NCBI GenBank assembly: GCA_025935995.1
Contig: JAICUF010000004.1
Span: 1 to 57,729, forward strand
DNA: 57,729 nucleotides
Source of the DNA: Gemmatimonadales bacterium
Lineage (GTDB): Bacteria > Gemmatimonadota > Gemmatimonadetes > Gemmatimonadales > GWC2-71-9
Direction: 5' to 3'
Shown: in pieces, positions 38,600 through 47,574 of the stretch
How positions within the stretch are numbered: the stretch's first letter is position 1
Layout of the letters: each line of letters begins with the position of its first letter
Program-made: the position numbers and the translations under genes
Notes under the pieces: generated by a model
Seen by the model: the letters and a program-made list of their open reading frames with translations, nothing else
Database searches by the model: none
What the model was told of the DNA's origin: nothing

Positions 38600-40095
38600 C
38601 GCCCACCGGACGTCAGGCCCTCCGCCTGTTCGGCGCCGCGCTCGCGCTCGGCATTGTGCTGGACGTGCTGGCCCATACCGTTCCCGACCGCCTCAAGCTC
38701 GCGATCTGGATCCTCGCTGCGCTCGGCGTCGCGCTGGTGCTGGTCCGCACCGGGACCGTTCGGGTGCCGCGCGCGTCCTATCCGCTGGCCGGTGCGGCGC
38801 TCCTCTTCACCCTGGCACTGGTGGGCCGGGATGCGGAGCCGCTCTTCGCCTTCAACCTGCTGGCGGTTCTCACGCTCGTGGTCCTCGCGGCGCCGCGCGC
38901 GGTGCCGGCGGGATTCCGGACGACCGGGATCGCCGATCTGGCGCGCGCCGGGATCGAGAGCGCCGTCTGCACCCTCGGCGGTCCTCTCCCGGCCGCGGCG
39001 ATGGACATGGACTGGGCCGGCGCCGGTAGCGCCGGCCGCGGGCGCCCGTTCGCGGCCGCGGCGGCGGGGATCCTCGCGGTGCTGCCCGTGCTGATCCTCT
39101 TCGGAAGCCTGCTGAGCAGTGCGGACCCGCTCTTCGGCCGGATGCTCCGATCGCTCTTTGCCTTCGATCTGAACGTCGTGGCCGAGCACGTGGTGACCAT
39201 CGCAGCGGGAAGCTGGCTCGTGGCGGGCTTCATCCGCTGGGCGTTCGTGGCGCGGCCCCATGAGCGCCCCGCGGTGCCGGCCGGCATCGGGATCGGAGTC
39301 CCCGCGGTGGCGGCCGGGCTGGGTGCGGTGGCCCTCCTGTTCGCCGCGTTCATTGCCGTCGAGCTGCGGTATCTCTTCGGCGGCGACGCGCTGGTGCGGA
39401 GTCTCACCGGTCTGAGCTACGCCGAGTACGCGCGGCAGGGCTTCTTCCAGCTCACGTGGGTGGCGGGTCTCTCCGTTCCGCTGCTCCTTGCCGCCGACTG
39501 GCTCGTAGGGACGCGTGATGCCGCCGCACTGCGAACCATCCGTCGCCTGAGCGGCGTGGTGCTGCTGCTCATCGCGGTGATCCTGGTGTCGGCGATGGTC
39601 CGCATGCGCCTGTATGTGACGGCGTACGGACTCACCGAGCAGCGATTCTACGCGACGGCGATCATGCTCTGGCTGGGCGCGGTCTTCGTCGTCTTCGCCT
39701 CGACGGTCCTGCGCGGTCGGCGGGAGCGGTTCGCGAGTGCCGCGCTCGTGGCGGTGCTGGCTGCGGTACTGACACTCAACGCGGTGAATCCCGATGCCGT
39801 CATCGCGCGAGCCGACCTGGCGCGGATCGGCGGCGCGGGACGGTTCGATGCCGCGTATCTGGGCACCCTCAGCGCCGACGCGATCCCCGCCATCGACGCT
39901 GCCCTTCCGGCGCTTCCGGAAGCCGACCGCTGCGTCCTTCGCGAGGCGCTTCATCGTCGGTGGCGGAAGGATGCCGCGTCGTCGGAGTGGACGCTGTCCC
40001 GCGCGCGGGTCCGATCCCGTCTCGAGGCGATCGCGGCGGTCGCCCCGCCGGCCTGCGCCCCGCGGTCAGCGGCTGGAGTCGGCGGCGGGCGCTGA
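38596..40095 (+). CDS. DUF4153/DUF4173-type multi-pass membrane protein
   Basis: F..LL.SADPLF, YLFGG, YAEYARQGFFQL, RMRLYV.AYGLT..R, NPD..IA, YL..LSADA.P; ATGA overlap. Confidence 0.85.
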   Translation: MTPTGRQALRLFGAALALGIVLDVLAHTVPDRLKLAIWILAALGVALVLVRTGTVRVPRASYPLAGAALLFTLALVGRDAEPLFAFNLLAVLTLVVLAAPRAVPAGFRTTGIADLARAGIESAVCTLGGPLPAAAMDMDWAGAGSAGRGRPFAAAAAGILAVLPVLILFGSLLSSADPLFGRMLRSLFAFDLNVVAEHVVTIAAGSWLVAGFIRWAFVARPHERPAVPAGIGIGVPAVAAGLGAVALLFAAFIAVELRYLFGGDALVRSLTGLSYAEYARQGFFQLTWVAGLSVPLLLAADWLVGTRDAAALRTIRRLSGVVLLLIAVILVSAMVRMRLYVTAYGLTEQRFYATAIMLWLGAVFVVFASTVLRGRRERFASAALVAVLAAVLTLNAVNPDAVIARADLARIGGAGRFDAAYLGTLSADAIPAIDAALPALPEADRCVLREALHRRWRKDAASSEWTLSRARVRSRLEAIAAVAPPACAPRSAAGVGGGR

Positions 40096-41676
40096 CGGAG
40101 CCGTCGCGGCCCCGGGGACGTCGCAACCCGGGTACTCGCCGGCGGTCGCCGCGGGGAGTGCGGCCGCGAGCCCGCGTGCGCGCGTGAGCTCGACGCGGGA
40201 GGAATCCAGGTCGCCGCGTGCCGCATGCCAGCCGGCCAGCGCGCAGGCGACCCGGGCCTCGAGTGCGGCGTCGCCCCCACGAACCGCCAGCGAATCCGCG
40301 CGGTCGAGCGTCGCCCGGTCTGAGCCTGCATGGCCGGCGGCGCCCTGCGCCGCCTGGAGCAGGAGCGACGCCGTGAGCCGGTCGCTCCGCCTCGCCTGCT
40401 CGACGGCGGCGTCGCGCTCGCGCCGCGCCGCCAGCAGCTGGCGCCAGATCGTCGTCGCGCCGGCGGTGACGAGGAGCGCCGCGACGGCTCCCGCCGCGAG
40501 CGATGCCCGATGTCGCCGGAGGAACCGCCCGGCCCGATACGTGACCGTCGTGGGACGGGCGTGCACCGGCTCGCTCTGCAGATACCGCCGGAGGTCATCG
40601 GCGAAGGCATCGACGCCCGGGTAGCGGTCCGCCGGTCGCTTCTGCAGCGCGCGGGCGAGGATGCTGTCCAGGTCGCCGGCGTAGAGCCGTCCGAGTGCGG
40701 CGGCCGGCTTCCCGCGCGCGGCCGCTGCGTCCGCCCGGACCGCGGTGCTCAAGGGCGGCGGCTCCGCCTCCAGAAGGTGGCGGAAGCGGTCGCTCCTGGT
40801 CTCCGCCGATCCCGCGGTTGGATGGCTGCCGCTCAGCAGCAGGTAGAGGAGCACGCCGAGCGCGTAGACGTCGATGGCGGTGGTACCGACCTCGCCCGTC
40901 AGCTGCTCGGGCGCGGCGAAGTCGGGGGTCAGCGCGCGGGCGCCCGAGTCGGCGAAGGAGCCGTCCGGTCCGGCCTGGGCGTCGAGCAACCGGGCCACGC
41001 CGAAGTCCAGCAGCTTTACCGTGCCGTCCCCGGTCACGAGAATGTTGGATGGCTTGATGTCGCGATGCACGACCAGATTGGCGTGCGCGTGCGACACGGC
41101 GGCGAGGACGTCGAGGAACAGCCTGATCCGGGCTTCCGGAGGGAGCCGCAGGCGGTCGCAGTAGTCATCGATGCGCTCGCCGTCGACGCACTCGAGGACG
41201 AGATAGGGCTGCCCGCCGTCGGTGACGCCGGCATCCAGCATCCGGGCCACGTTCGGGTGGCTGAGCCGCGCCAGCACCGTTCCCTCCCGCCGGAAGCGGC
41301 GCGCGCCCGCCGGATCCACCAGCGAGAGATAGAGGAGCTTGACGGCCGCTCGACCCTCGAAGCGGCCGTCGCTCCGTCGTGCGAGCCACACCGTCCCCAT
41401 TCCTCCGTGGCCGAGCTGTCGCTCGATCGTGTAGCCGCCGAGCTCCTGGCCGGTGGGATCGCGACGGGACGTGAGGGGCTCCAGGCGCTCCTCAAGAAAG
41501 CGCCGCGCGTCGAGGCCCGCCTCCGCGGCGAGCATCCGCTCGAGCTCGGCGGCGAGCGGGGCATCGGCGGCCCGGAGCGCCGCGATGCGCTCGTCGCGCT
41601 CATGCGCCGGGAGATCGAGCACCTCGTCGAGATGGGCATGCAGTGCCGCGAGGCGCGCCGTCCGGTCGGTGGTCAA
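40066..41676 (-). CDS. membrane Ser/Thr protein kinase (Hanks type) with a short C-terminal domain
   Basis: GHGGMG, AVK, HPNV, HRDIKPSN, DFG, TPDFAAPE, DVYALG, then one TM helix; TTGA overlap with the ECF stop. Confidence 0.88.
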   Translation of the reverse strand: MTTDRTARLAALHAHLDEVLDLPAHERDERIAALRAADAPLAAELERMLAAEAGLDARRFLEERLEPLTSRRDPTGQELGGYTIERQLGHGGMGTVWLARRSDGRFEGRAAVKLLYLSLVDPAGARRFRREGTVLARLSHPNVARMLDAGVTDGGQPYLVLECVDGERIDDYCDRLRLPPEARIRLFLDVLAAVSHAHANLVVHRDIKPSNILVTGDGTVKLLDFGVARLLDAQAGPDGSFADSGARALTPDFAAPEQLTGEVGTTAIDVYALGVLLYLLLSGSHPTAGSAETRSDRFRHLLEAEPPPLSTAVRADAAAARGKPAAALGRLYAGDLDSILARALQKRPADRYPGVDAFADDLRRYLQSEPVHARPTTVTYRAGRFLRRHRASLAAGAVAALLVTAGATTIWRQLLAARRERDAAVEQARRSDRLTASLLLQAAQGAAGHAGSDRATLDRADSLAVRGGDAALEARVACALAGWHAARGDLDSSRVELTRARGLAAALPAATAGEYPGCDVPGAATAPSAPAADSSR

Positions 41677-42236
41677 ACCTCGTCCGGCGCGAGGGCGTGA
41701 TGGAGGAGGAGGCGGGCCTTCCGCCAGTCGCGCTGGACGGTGCGCTCCGACACGCCGCGAAGCTCCGCGACCTCGGCGAACGAGAAGCCGCAGAAGAAGT
41801 GCAGGTCCACGAGCTGGGCGAGCGCCGGGTTCACCTGCGACAGCGCCTCGATCGCCGCGCCCAGTTCCTCCAGCGATTCCGCGGGGACGGCGGCCGGCGC
41901 GGCCTCGGCGCCGCTCGAGGTGATGTGGAACTCGCCGCCGCGCTTCTGGGCGCGCTGATGGCGAACGTAGTCGATCATGAGCCCGCGCATGGCGCGGGCG
42001 GCATAGGCCAGGAACTGCGGCCGGGTCGCGAACTGGATCCCCTCCCGCTCCGCGATGTTGAGGTAGGTCTCGTGCAGCAGCGTGGTCGTGCCGAGGGTGA
42101 GCTGCGACCCGCCGCGGTGCAGCTCGCGCTCCGCGATGCGGTGCAGCTCGCGGTAGAGCGTCGTGAAGAGAGCGGTGACCGCCGCGTCGTCGCCCGACGC
42201 GGCGGTGCGGATCAGGTCGCCGATCGCGCCATCCAC
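41673..42236 (-). CDS. ECF sigma factor, kinase-associated type
   Basis: LY.EL.RIA, TLGTTTLLHETYL, AARAMR..IDY.R..AQKRGG, FFCG.S..EVA...VSERTVQRDW..AR. Confidence 0.9.
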   Translation of the reverse strand: MDGAIGDLIRTAASGDDAAVTALFTTLYRELHRIAERELHRGGSQLTLGTTTLLHETYLNIAEREGIQFATRPQFLAYAARAMRGLMIDYVRHQRAQKRGGEFHITSSGAEAAPAAVPAESLEELGAAIEALSQVNPALAQLVDLHFFCGFSFAEVAELRGVSERTVQRDWRKARLLLHHALAPDEV

Positions 42237-42293
42237 CGGGGGTTCCTGGGTTCGTTGAAGGGAGCGTGTCGGCGCGAACGCCGCCCGCCACGA

Positions 42294-42322
42294 ACGATAC
42301 CGCGCGTCTCGAGGGTCGTCAA
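42294..42322 (-). promoter_or_regulatory. putative sigma70 promoter of the ECF-kinase pair
   Basis: Minus strand TTGACG-N17-TATCGT. Confidence 0.6.
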
Positions 42323-42382
42323 AGCGCGTCCCGGCGGCGCCGGGGCTGGCGGCAACGGGCCGTGCCGGGGGATTATTGGCGG

Positions 42383-43222
42383 GTGACCATCTCTCCTCCC
42401 GCGCGCCGGGCGGCCGCGCTCGTGACCGGCGGCTCCAGCGGCATCGGCCTGGCGCTCGCCCGGTGTCTTGCCCGCGACCGGCACGAGCTGGTGATCGTGG
42501 CGCGGCGGGAGCCGGCGCTCGCCGCGGCGGCGGCGGAGCTGCGCGACCTCGGCGCGGCGGGGGTGACCACGATACCGGCCGACCTCTCGCGGCGGGAGGA
42601 GATCCAGCGGCTGCTGGCCACGCTGCACGCGTCGGCGCTCGACATCACGATGCTCGTCAACAACGCCGGCTTCGGCATCTCGGGTCCGTTCGCCGACGCC
42701 CGCCTCGATCAGGCGCTCGAGCTGATCGACACCAACGTCACGGCGCTCACGCACCTGACTCGCGCGCTGCTGCCGCCGATGTGCCGGCTCGGCGCGGGCC
42801 GCATCCTCAACGTCGCGTCCACCGCGGCGTTCCAGCCCGGTCCCTTCATGGCGGTATACTACGCGAGCAAGGCGTACGTGCTCTCGTTCTCGGAGGCCAT
42901 CGCCGAGGAGCTGCGCGGCACCGGCGTGACGGTGACCACGCTCTGTCCCGGGCCGACGGCCACCGGCTTCGCCGCGCGCGCCGCCGTGGGCGAATCCCGC
43001 CTCTTCCGCCGCGGCGTGGTGCTGAGCGCGGCCCAGGTGGCGGAGGCAGGGTACCACGGCATGCTGAAAGGCGAGCGGCTCGTGGTGCCGGGCGCGGGGA
43101 ACCGGCTGATCACGCAGGCGGGCCGCCTCGCGCCGCGCGGGCTCGTGACCCGCGTCATGCGCCGCCTGAACGAGCACCGCTCCCCGCCGCCCAGCCCGCC
43201 GGAGCCGCCCGCGACCGGCTAG
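42383..43222 (+). CDS. SDR family oxidoreductase
   Basis: TGGSSGIG, NNAGFG, NVAS, YYASK, LCPGPT; GTG start inferred. Confidence 0.9.
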   Translation: MTISPPARRAAALVTGGSSGIGLALARCLARDRHELVIVARREPALAAAAAELRDLGAAGVTTIPADLSRREEIQRLLATLHASALDITMLVNNAGFGISGPFADARLDQALELIDTNVTALTHLTRALLPPMCRLGAGRILNVASTAAFQPGPFMAVYYASKAYVLSFSEAIAEELRGTGVTVTTLCPGPTATGFAARAAVGESRLFRRGVVLSAAQVAEAGYHGMLKGERLVVPGAGNRLITQAGRLAPRGLVTRVMRRLNEHRSPPPSPPEPPATG

Positions 43223-46002
43223 AGCCCGATCTGGAGCCCCACGCGCACGCGGCGCGGTGCGTCCGTGAGGAGCTGCTCGCCCCGCATGGCGGCATACGCC
43301 GCCGCCGAGGCGCGCTGCTGTTCGTTCACGTCGAACAGCCGATCCCCGTTCCCGAAGCGCGCTTCGGCCCGCACCAGGGAGATGCAGTCGGGTGCGCCCG
43401 GTGCGCCGCTCTGCGTGACCCACGGCGCGCAGCCCGCGTTGCCGGCGCCAGCGAAGGTGAGATCCACCGTGCCGTTGGGGCGGTAGGCGCCGTTGGCCTG
43501 TGCCTCGTTGGCGTAGGTGCTGCTGTCGCCGGAGAAGTTGATCTGCGCCTCGAAGGGACTGCTGGTCGTGCCGGTCGCGACGTACACCTGCCGGATATTC
43601 CGGAAATTGAGAAGGTTCCGGGCGTCGGCAAACGCGGTCAGCGAGTGGCCGGCCACGTGGAGCGACTGGCTGATGCGAAGATCGAGCTGGCGGAAGGCGG
43701 GGAGGCGCGCGCCGCCCAGGATGCTCACCGACGCCCGGCACGGCTCGCCGCTGAGCACGGTTTCATTGCCGAGCGGGTCGCAGCCGGTGTAGCGGAGCCC
43801 GCTCGCGTAGCGGAACGTCGCGAGCGCCGCGGTGCCGCGCAGACGCAGCGCCAGCGCCGCGGAGAGTGTGTGGGGCCGGTCGGCGCCGGACACCGCGCCC
43901 CCGAAGTCCGATGCGTGCTGATAGGCGTACCCCACTGTCCCCGTCAGCATGCCGGCACGCCGTTCGAGCCTGATCTCGCCGCCCGAGACCCGCAGCGAGT
44001 CGAGATATGCGAACTGCCGGATATCCACCCGGGAGCCGTGCCGGGTCGGGTCGGTCAGACCCGCCGACCGGACGACGCCCACCGAGCCGTGCCTCGTGAA
44101 GAGTGCGAGATCCAGCGTCGTCGCGCGGCCGAGGCGGTGGCGACCGCCGAGCTCCGCGATCCAGCTCTTCGCCAGGTCGAGATCGCTTCCGAATATCCGA
44201 CTCGTGTTGGTGATCGCCAGGTCGGTGTTGACTCCGCCGTAAAGCGCGCTGAAGTCGGGAATCCCGGCCTCGCGCGCGTAGCCGGCGCGCAGCTCGGTCC
44301 GCTCCGACACGCCGTAGGTCATCCGGAAGCGCGGCAGGAAGGCCGAGTGGCTCCCGTCGCGCACGAAGGTGACGAGCGAGTCGCCGTTGAACGTGCCGGC
44401 GTAGCTCGAGATGCGCGGGAAGGGCTGATAGGTGTTGAACGTCGGGCTCGACGCGACCGTGTCGAGGTCGTAGGGGCGGTCGGCGTTGGACGAGAACCGC
44501 TCGTAGCGCACGCCGGCCGAGAACATCACGTGGCCGTACTGGAAGACGTCCTCCGCGAACAGGCTCAGCGCACGCGGCGAAGCGATGTAGATGTCGCTGC
44601 CCGCCTGGCTCGTGAGCTGGTGCTCGTAGTGATGCACCGTGTACCGGGTGAGCTCTCCGCCCAGCTGGAAGCGGCTGTTGGGCGAGACCTGCCAGTCACC
44701 CGCGGCCGTCGCCACCGTGCGCTCCTCGCGCTCGATGGCGAGCGGGCCGATCGGTCCGCCGCTCTCGATGAAGCCCGGGAGGGCGTATGCGTTGGTGAGG
44801 TACCGCGAGATGGGAACGTACTGCGACGTGTTCTCGAGGTCGTACGGCGAGCGCCGCGAGCCCGGCGTGTTCTGACGATAGTTCCGGATCAGCGCCGAAT
44901 CGATCGGGAAGCTCTCGAAGTCATACTGGAAGCCGAGCCGGCCGACCATGAGGCCCAGTGAGGGATCACGGGAGTCGGCCTCGCCGGACGAGGAGAGCGG
45001 GCCGCCCAGGAAGTCGTCGCGCTGGCGGGAGAGACTCGCGCGGACCACGCCGTTCCGCCGCAGGCGATGCGCGAACGTCAGCCCCACCAGGTCGCTGGTC
45101 GTGCTGGCTCCGAAGGCATTGCTCGGCAGGTAGCTCGTGAGATAGTCGAAGAGCCGCGCCTGGTCCCGGCTCCGGAGTCCGATCACGCCGACGCTCGAGC
45201 GGCCGGTCCGGTACTCCGCCTTGAGCAGGACCTGGTGGTTGGACGTGGCGGAGAGCGGTGTCCGGTCGCCGGCGCAGGCGAGGCCGAAGTTGCCCGCGAT
45301 GCCGGGGTTGACGCTTCCGGCAAAGGAGTCGCAGTCGCCCCGGGCCACCGCGTAGTTGTAGAGATCGACCTGCGCGGCGTCCACCGTGACCGTGGTGTCG
45401 ACGCCGGCCCGCACGAAAATGGGCGCGAGCCGCGCGCCGAACCCCGGTTCAGCCGACGACTGCCCGTGGAGCGCACCGCCGGCGAAGACGGTCAGGTGGC
45501 CCAGCGTCGTCCCCGCGGCAGCCTCGAAGCGGTTGAGGCCGAGCGATGTGGCGCCGAAGGGGCGGTCGGTCTCGTAGGAGAGTCGGGCGCCGCGCATGGT
45601 TCGGGTCCGCATGAGGATGGCGCCGGCGGTCGTGTTGCCCAGCGTGGCGCTCAGCGGGCCGGTGAGTACGGTCGCTTCGTCGACCGAGTTGGTGGCGGGC
45701 GCGAGGCCGACGACACGGGTGCCCGGCGTGATGGGAATGCCGTCGAGGTAGGTTGCGGTCTGCCCGCCGGGCGCGCCGCGAACGGAGAGGCGCCCGTCAG
45801 TCGCGGTGCCGACGCCCGGGATGAGGAGGAGCGCGCCGGTCACGCTGTCGACCGGCAGGTCGTCGATGAGGCGACCCGGCATCACGCCGGCCGCGGCCGC
45901 GGTGTCGGCCGGCGCGGGCCGGCCCTGCGCCGAAACCGTCCCCAGGCCGGTCAGGAGCACCACCGCGGCGACCGACGCGCCTCGAAGCATCACATTCGAC
46001 AT
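43219..46002 (-). CDS. TonB-dependent receptor-like outer membrane protein (about 927 aa)
   Basis: Signal peptide ending SAQ; plug LPV..PGV..SVRG..YLDG; GVRYE, FADARNLLN, C-terminal RVRVGLQIGL; alternative starts 45990 and 46014. Confidence 0.8.
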   Translation of the reverse strand: MSNVMLRGASVAAVVLLTGLGTVSAQGRPAPADTAAAAGVMPGRLIDDLPVDSVTGALLLIPGVGTATDGRLSVRGAPGGQTATYLDGIPITPGTRVVGLAPATNSVDEATVLTGPLSATLGNTTAGAILMRTRTMRGARLSYETDRPFGATSLGLNRFEAAAGTTLGHLTVFAGGALHGQSSAEPGFGARLAPIFVRAGVDTTVTVDAAQVDLYNYAVARGDCDSFAGSVNPGIAGNFGLACAGDRTPLSATSNHQVLLKAEYRTGRSSVGVIGLRSRDQARLFDYLTSYLPSNAFGASTTSDLVGLTFAHRLRRNGVVRASLSRQRDDFLGGPLSSSGEADSRDPSLGLMVGRLGFQYDFESFPIDSALIRNYRQNTPGSRRSPYDLENTSQYVPISRYLTNAYALPGFIESGGPIGPLAIEREERTVATAAGDWQVSPNSRFQLGGELTRYTVHHYEHQLTSQAGSDIYIASPRALSLFAEDVFQYGHVMFSAGVRYERFSSNADRPYDLDTVASSPTFNTYQPFPRISSYAGTFNGDSLVTFVRDGSHSAFLPRFRMTYGVSERTELRAGYAREAGIPDFSALYGGVNTDLAITNTSRIFGSDLDLAKSWIAELGGRHRLGRATTLDLALFTRHGSVGVVRSAGLTDPTRHGSRVDIRQFAYLDSLRVSGGEIRLERRAGMLTGTVGYAYQHASDFGGAVSGADRPHTLSAALALRLRGTAALATFRYASGLRYTGCDPLGNETVLSGEPCRASVSILGGARLPAFRQLDLRISQSLHVAGHSLTAFADARNLLNFRNIRQVYVATGTTSSPFEAQINFSGDSSTYANEAQANGAYRPNGTVDLTFAGAGNAGCAPWVTQSGAPGAPDCISLVRAEARFGNGDRLFDVNEQQRASAAAYAAMRGEQLLTDAPRRVRVGLQIGL

Positions 46003-46029
46003 CACACGCTCCATGCAAGGGAGGTACGG

Positions 46030-46851
46030 CTGCGGATCACGCGAAGAAAGCTGCTGGCGGGCGCCGTGGCGGCGACCGGGGCCGCGCTCGCCGATGCGAC
46101 CGCGATCGAGCCGTTCCGGCTCCAGGTGACCCGGCACGACCTCGTCGTGCCGGGGCTGCCGCGCGGGCTCTCCGGGCTTCGCGTCGCCCAGATCGCCGAC
46201 GTGCATCTGCCGGGCACACCGGCCGTCGCCGCGGAGGCGGTGCGCGCCATCCGCCGCGAAATGCCCGAGATCGTGCTGCTCACCGGCGACATCGTCGAGC
46301 ACGCAACCACGCTTCCGGCGCTCGGAGAATTCGCGAGCGCGGTCCGCGGGCGCATCGCCACCGCCGCCGTGCTGGGCAACTGGGAGCACAAGGCCGGGAT
46401 CACGCCGGACACGGCGCGCAGGATATACGATCGGGCGGGGGTCCGTTTTCTCTGCAATGAGTCGGCCACGCTCACGATCGCGGGTGCCCGGCTTCGCCTC
46501 ACCGGCTTCGACGATCCGGTGGTGGGCCGGCCCGACGCCTCGCTCGCCGTGGCTGCCGCCGACGCGGACCTCGCGGAGCTCTGGCTGATCCACGCGCCGG
46601 CGTGGATCGACACCCTGCCGGCGAGCGCGCGGCGCCCGGCCGCGGTGCTGAGCGGCCACACCCACGGCGGCCAGATCCGTCTGCCCGGCATCACGCTCTT
46701 CACGCCGCCCGGCTCCGGCCGCTACGTGAGCGGCTGGTACCGGGATGCCCTCGCCCCGCTCTACGTGTCGCGCGGCATCGGCACGGCGTCGGTGCGGATG
46801 CGGTTCTTCTGCCCTCCGGAGCTGCCGATCTTCACCCTGCGCCGCGCCTGA
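46030..46851 (+). CDS. metallophosphoesterase (YkuE/YaeI-like) with twin-arginine signal
   Basis: ITRRKLL Tat-like motif; ADVH, LTGD, GNWE, SGHTHGGQ, YVSRGIG, PPEL; start codon uncertain (CTG assumed). Confidence 0.82.
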   Translation: MRITRRKLLAGAVAATGAALADATAIEPFRLQVTRHDLVVPGLPRGLSGLRVAQIADVHLPGTPAVAAEAVRAIRREMPEIVLLTGDIVEHATTLPALGEFASAVRGRIATAAVLGNWEHKAGITPDTARRIYDRAGVRFLCNESATLTIAGARLRLTGFDDPVVGRPDASLAVAAADADLAELWLIHAPAWIDTLPASARRPAAVLSGHTHGGQIRLPGITLFTPPGSGRYVSGWYRDALAPLYVSRGIGTASVRMRFFCPPELPIFTLRRA

Positions 46852-46854
46852 CCG

Positions 46855-47574
46855 CTACCAGGGCTGCGGCTCGCCCTGGTAATCCAGGAAGCGGCCGGCG
46901 TCGTCCGGGCCGAGCGAGGCCGCCACGTCGAGCATCCCGCGGACCGATTCCTCGGGCGCGATCGCGGCGTGGCTTCCGCCCATCGCCGTCCGGACCCACC
47001 CGGGGGTGATGGCGATCGGCACGATGCCGCGGTCGGCGAGCTCGGCCGCGAGCGCGCGCGTCATGATGTTGAGCGCGGCCTTGCTGGCCGCATAGGCGTA
47101 GTCTCCGGGACTCGTCTTGTGCGACACCGAACCCATCAGCGACGACAGGTTGAGCACCCGCGCGCGGCCGGCCTCGAGGAGATCGAGCCAGTGGCGCACC
47201 ATGAGGATGGGGCCGGCCGCGTTGACGCGATACACGTCGAGCAGCTCGGCGCCGGACACGGTGGCGAGCAGGGTCGCGCGCGGATTCCAGTTCCGGCTCT
47301 GATGCGAGTAGAGCCCGGCGTTGTTGACGAGCAGCGAAACCGCTGCGACCCGATCCTCGACGGCGCGGCGGGCGGCGATGATCGAGCTCTCCTCGCCGGC
47401 GTCGAGCGTCACGACGATGAGCCGCTCGCCGTGGCGAGCGGCAAGCGTCTCGAGCTCGGGCGAGCCGCGGCGGGTACCGGCCACCACCCGGTCGCCGCGG
47501 GCGATGCACTGGCGGACGAACTCGAGGCCGATCCCGGCGCTCGCGCCGGTGATCAGGCTGACCGGTGGCGTCAC
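46855..47574 (-). CDS. SDR family oxidoreductase (CsgA/C-factor-like)
   Basis: TGASAGIG, NNAG, SSLMGS, YAASKAALN, PGWVRT.MGG; GTGA overlap. Confidence 0.88.
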   Translation of the reverse strand: MTPPVSLITGASAGIGLEFVRQCIARGDRVVAGTRRGSPELETLAARHGERLIVVTLDAGEESSIIAARRAVEDRVAAVSLLVNNAGLYSHQSRNWNPRATLLATVSGAELLDVYRVNAAGPILMVRHWLDLLEAGRARVLNLSSLMGSVSHKTSPGDYAYAASKAALNIMTRALAAELADRGIVPIAITPGWVRTAMGGSHAAIAPEESVRGMLDVAASLGPDDAGRFLDYQGEPQPW

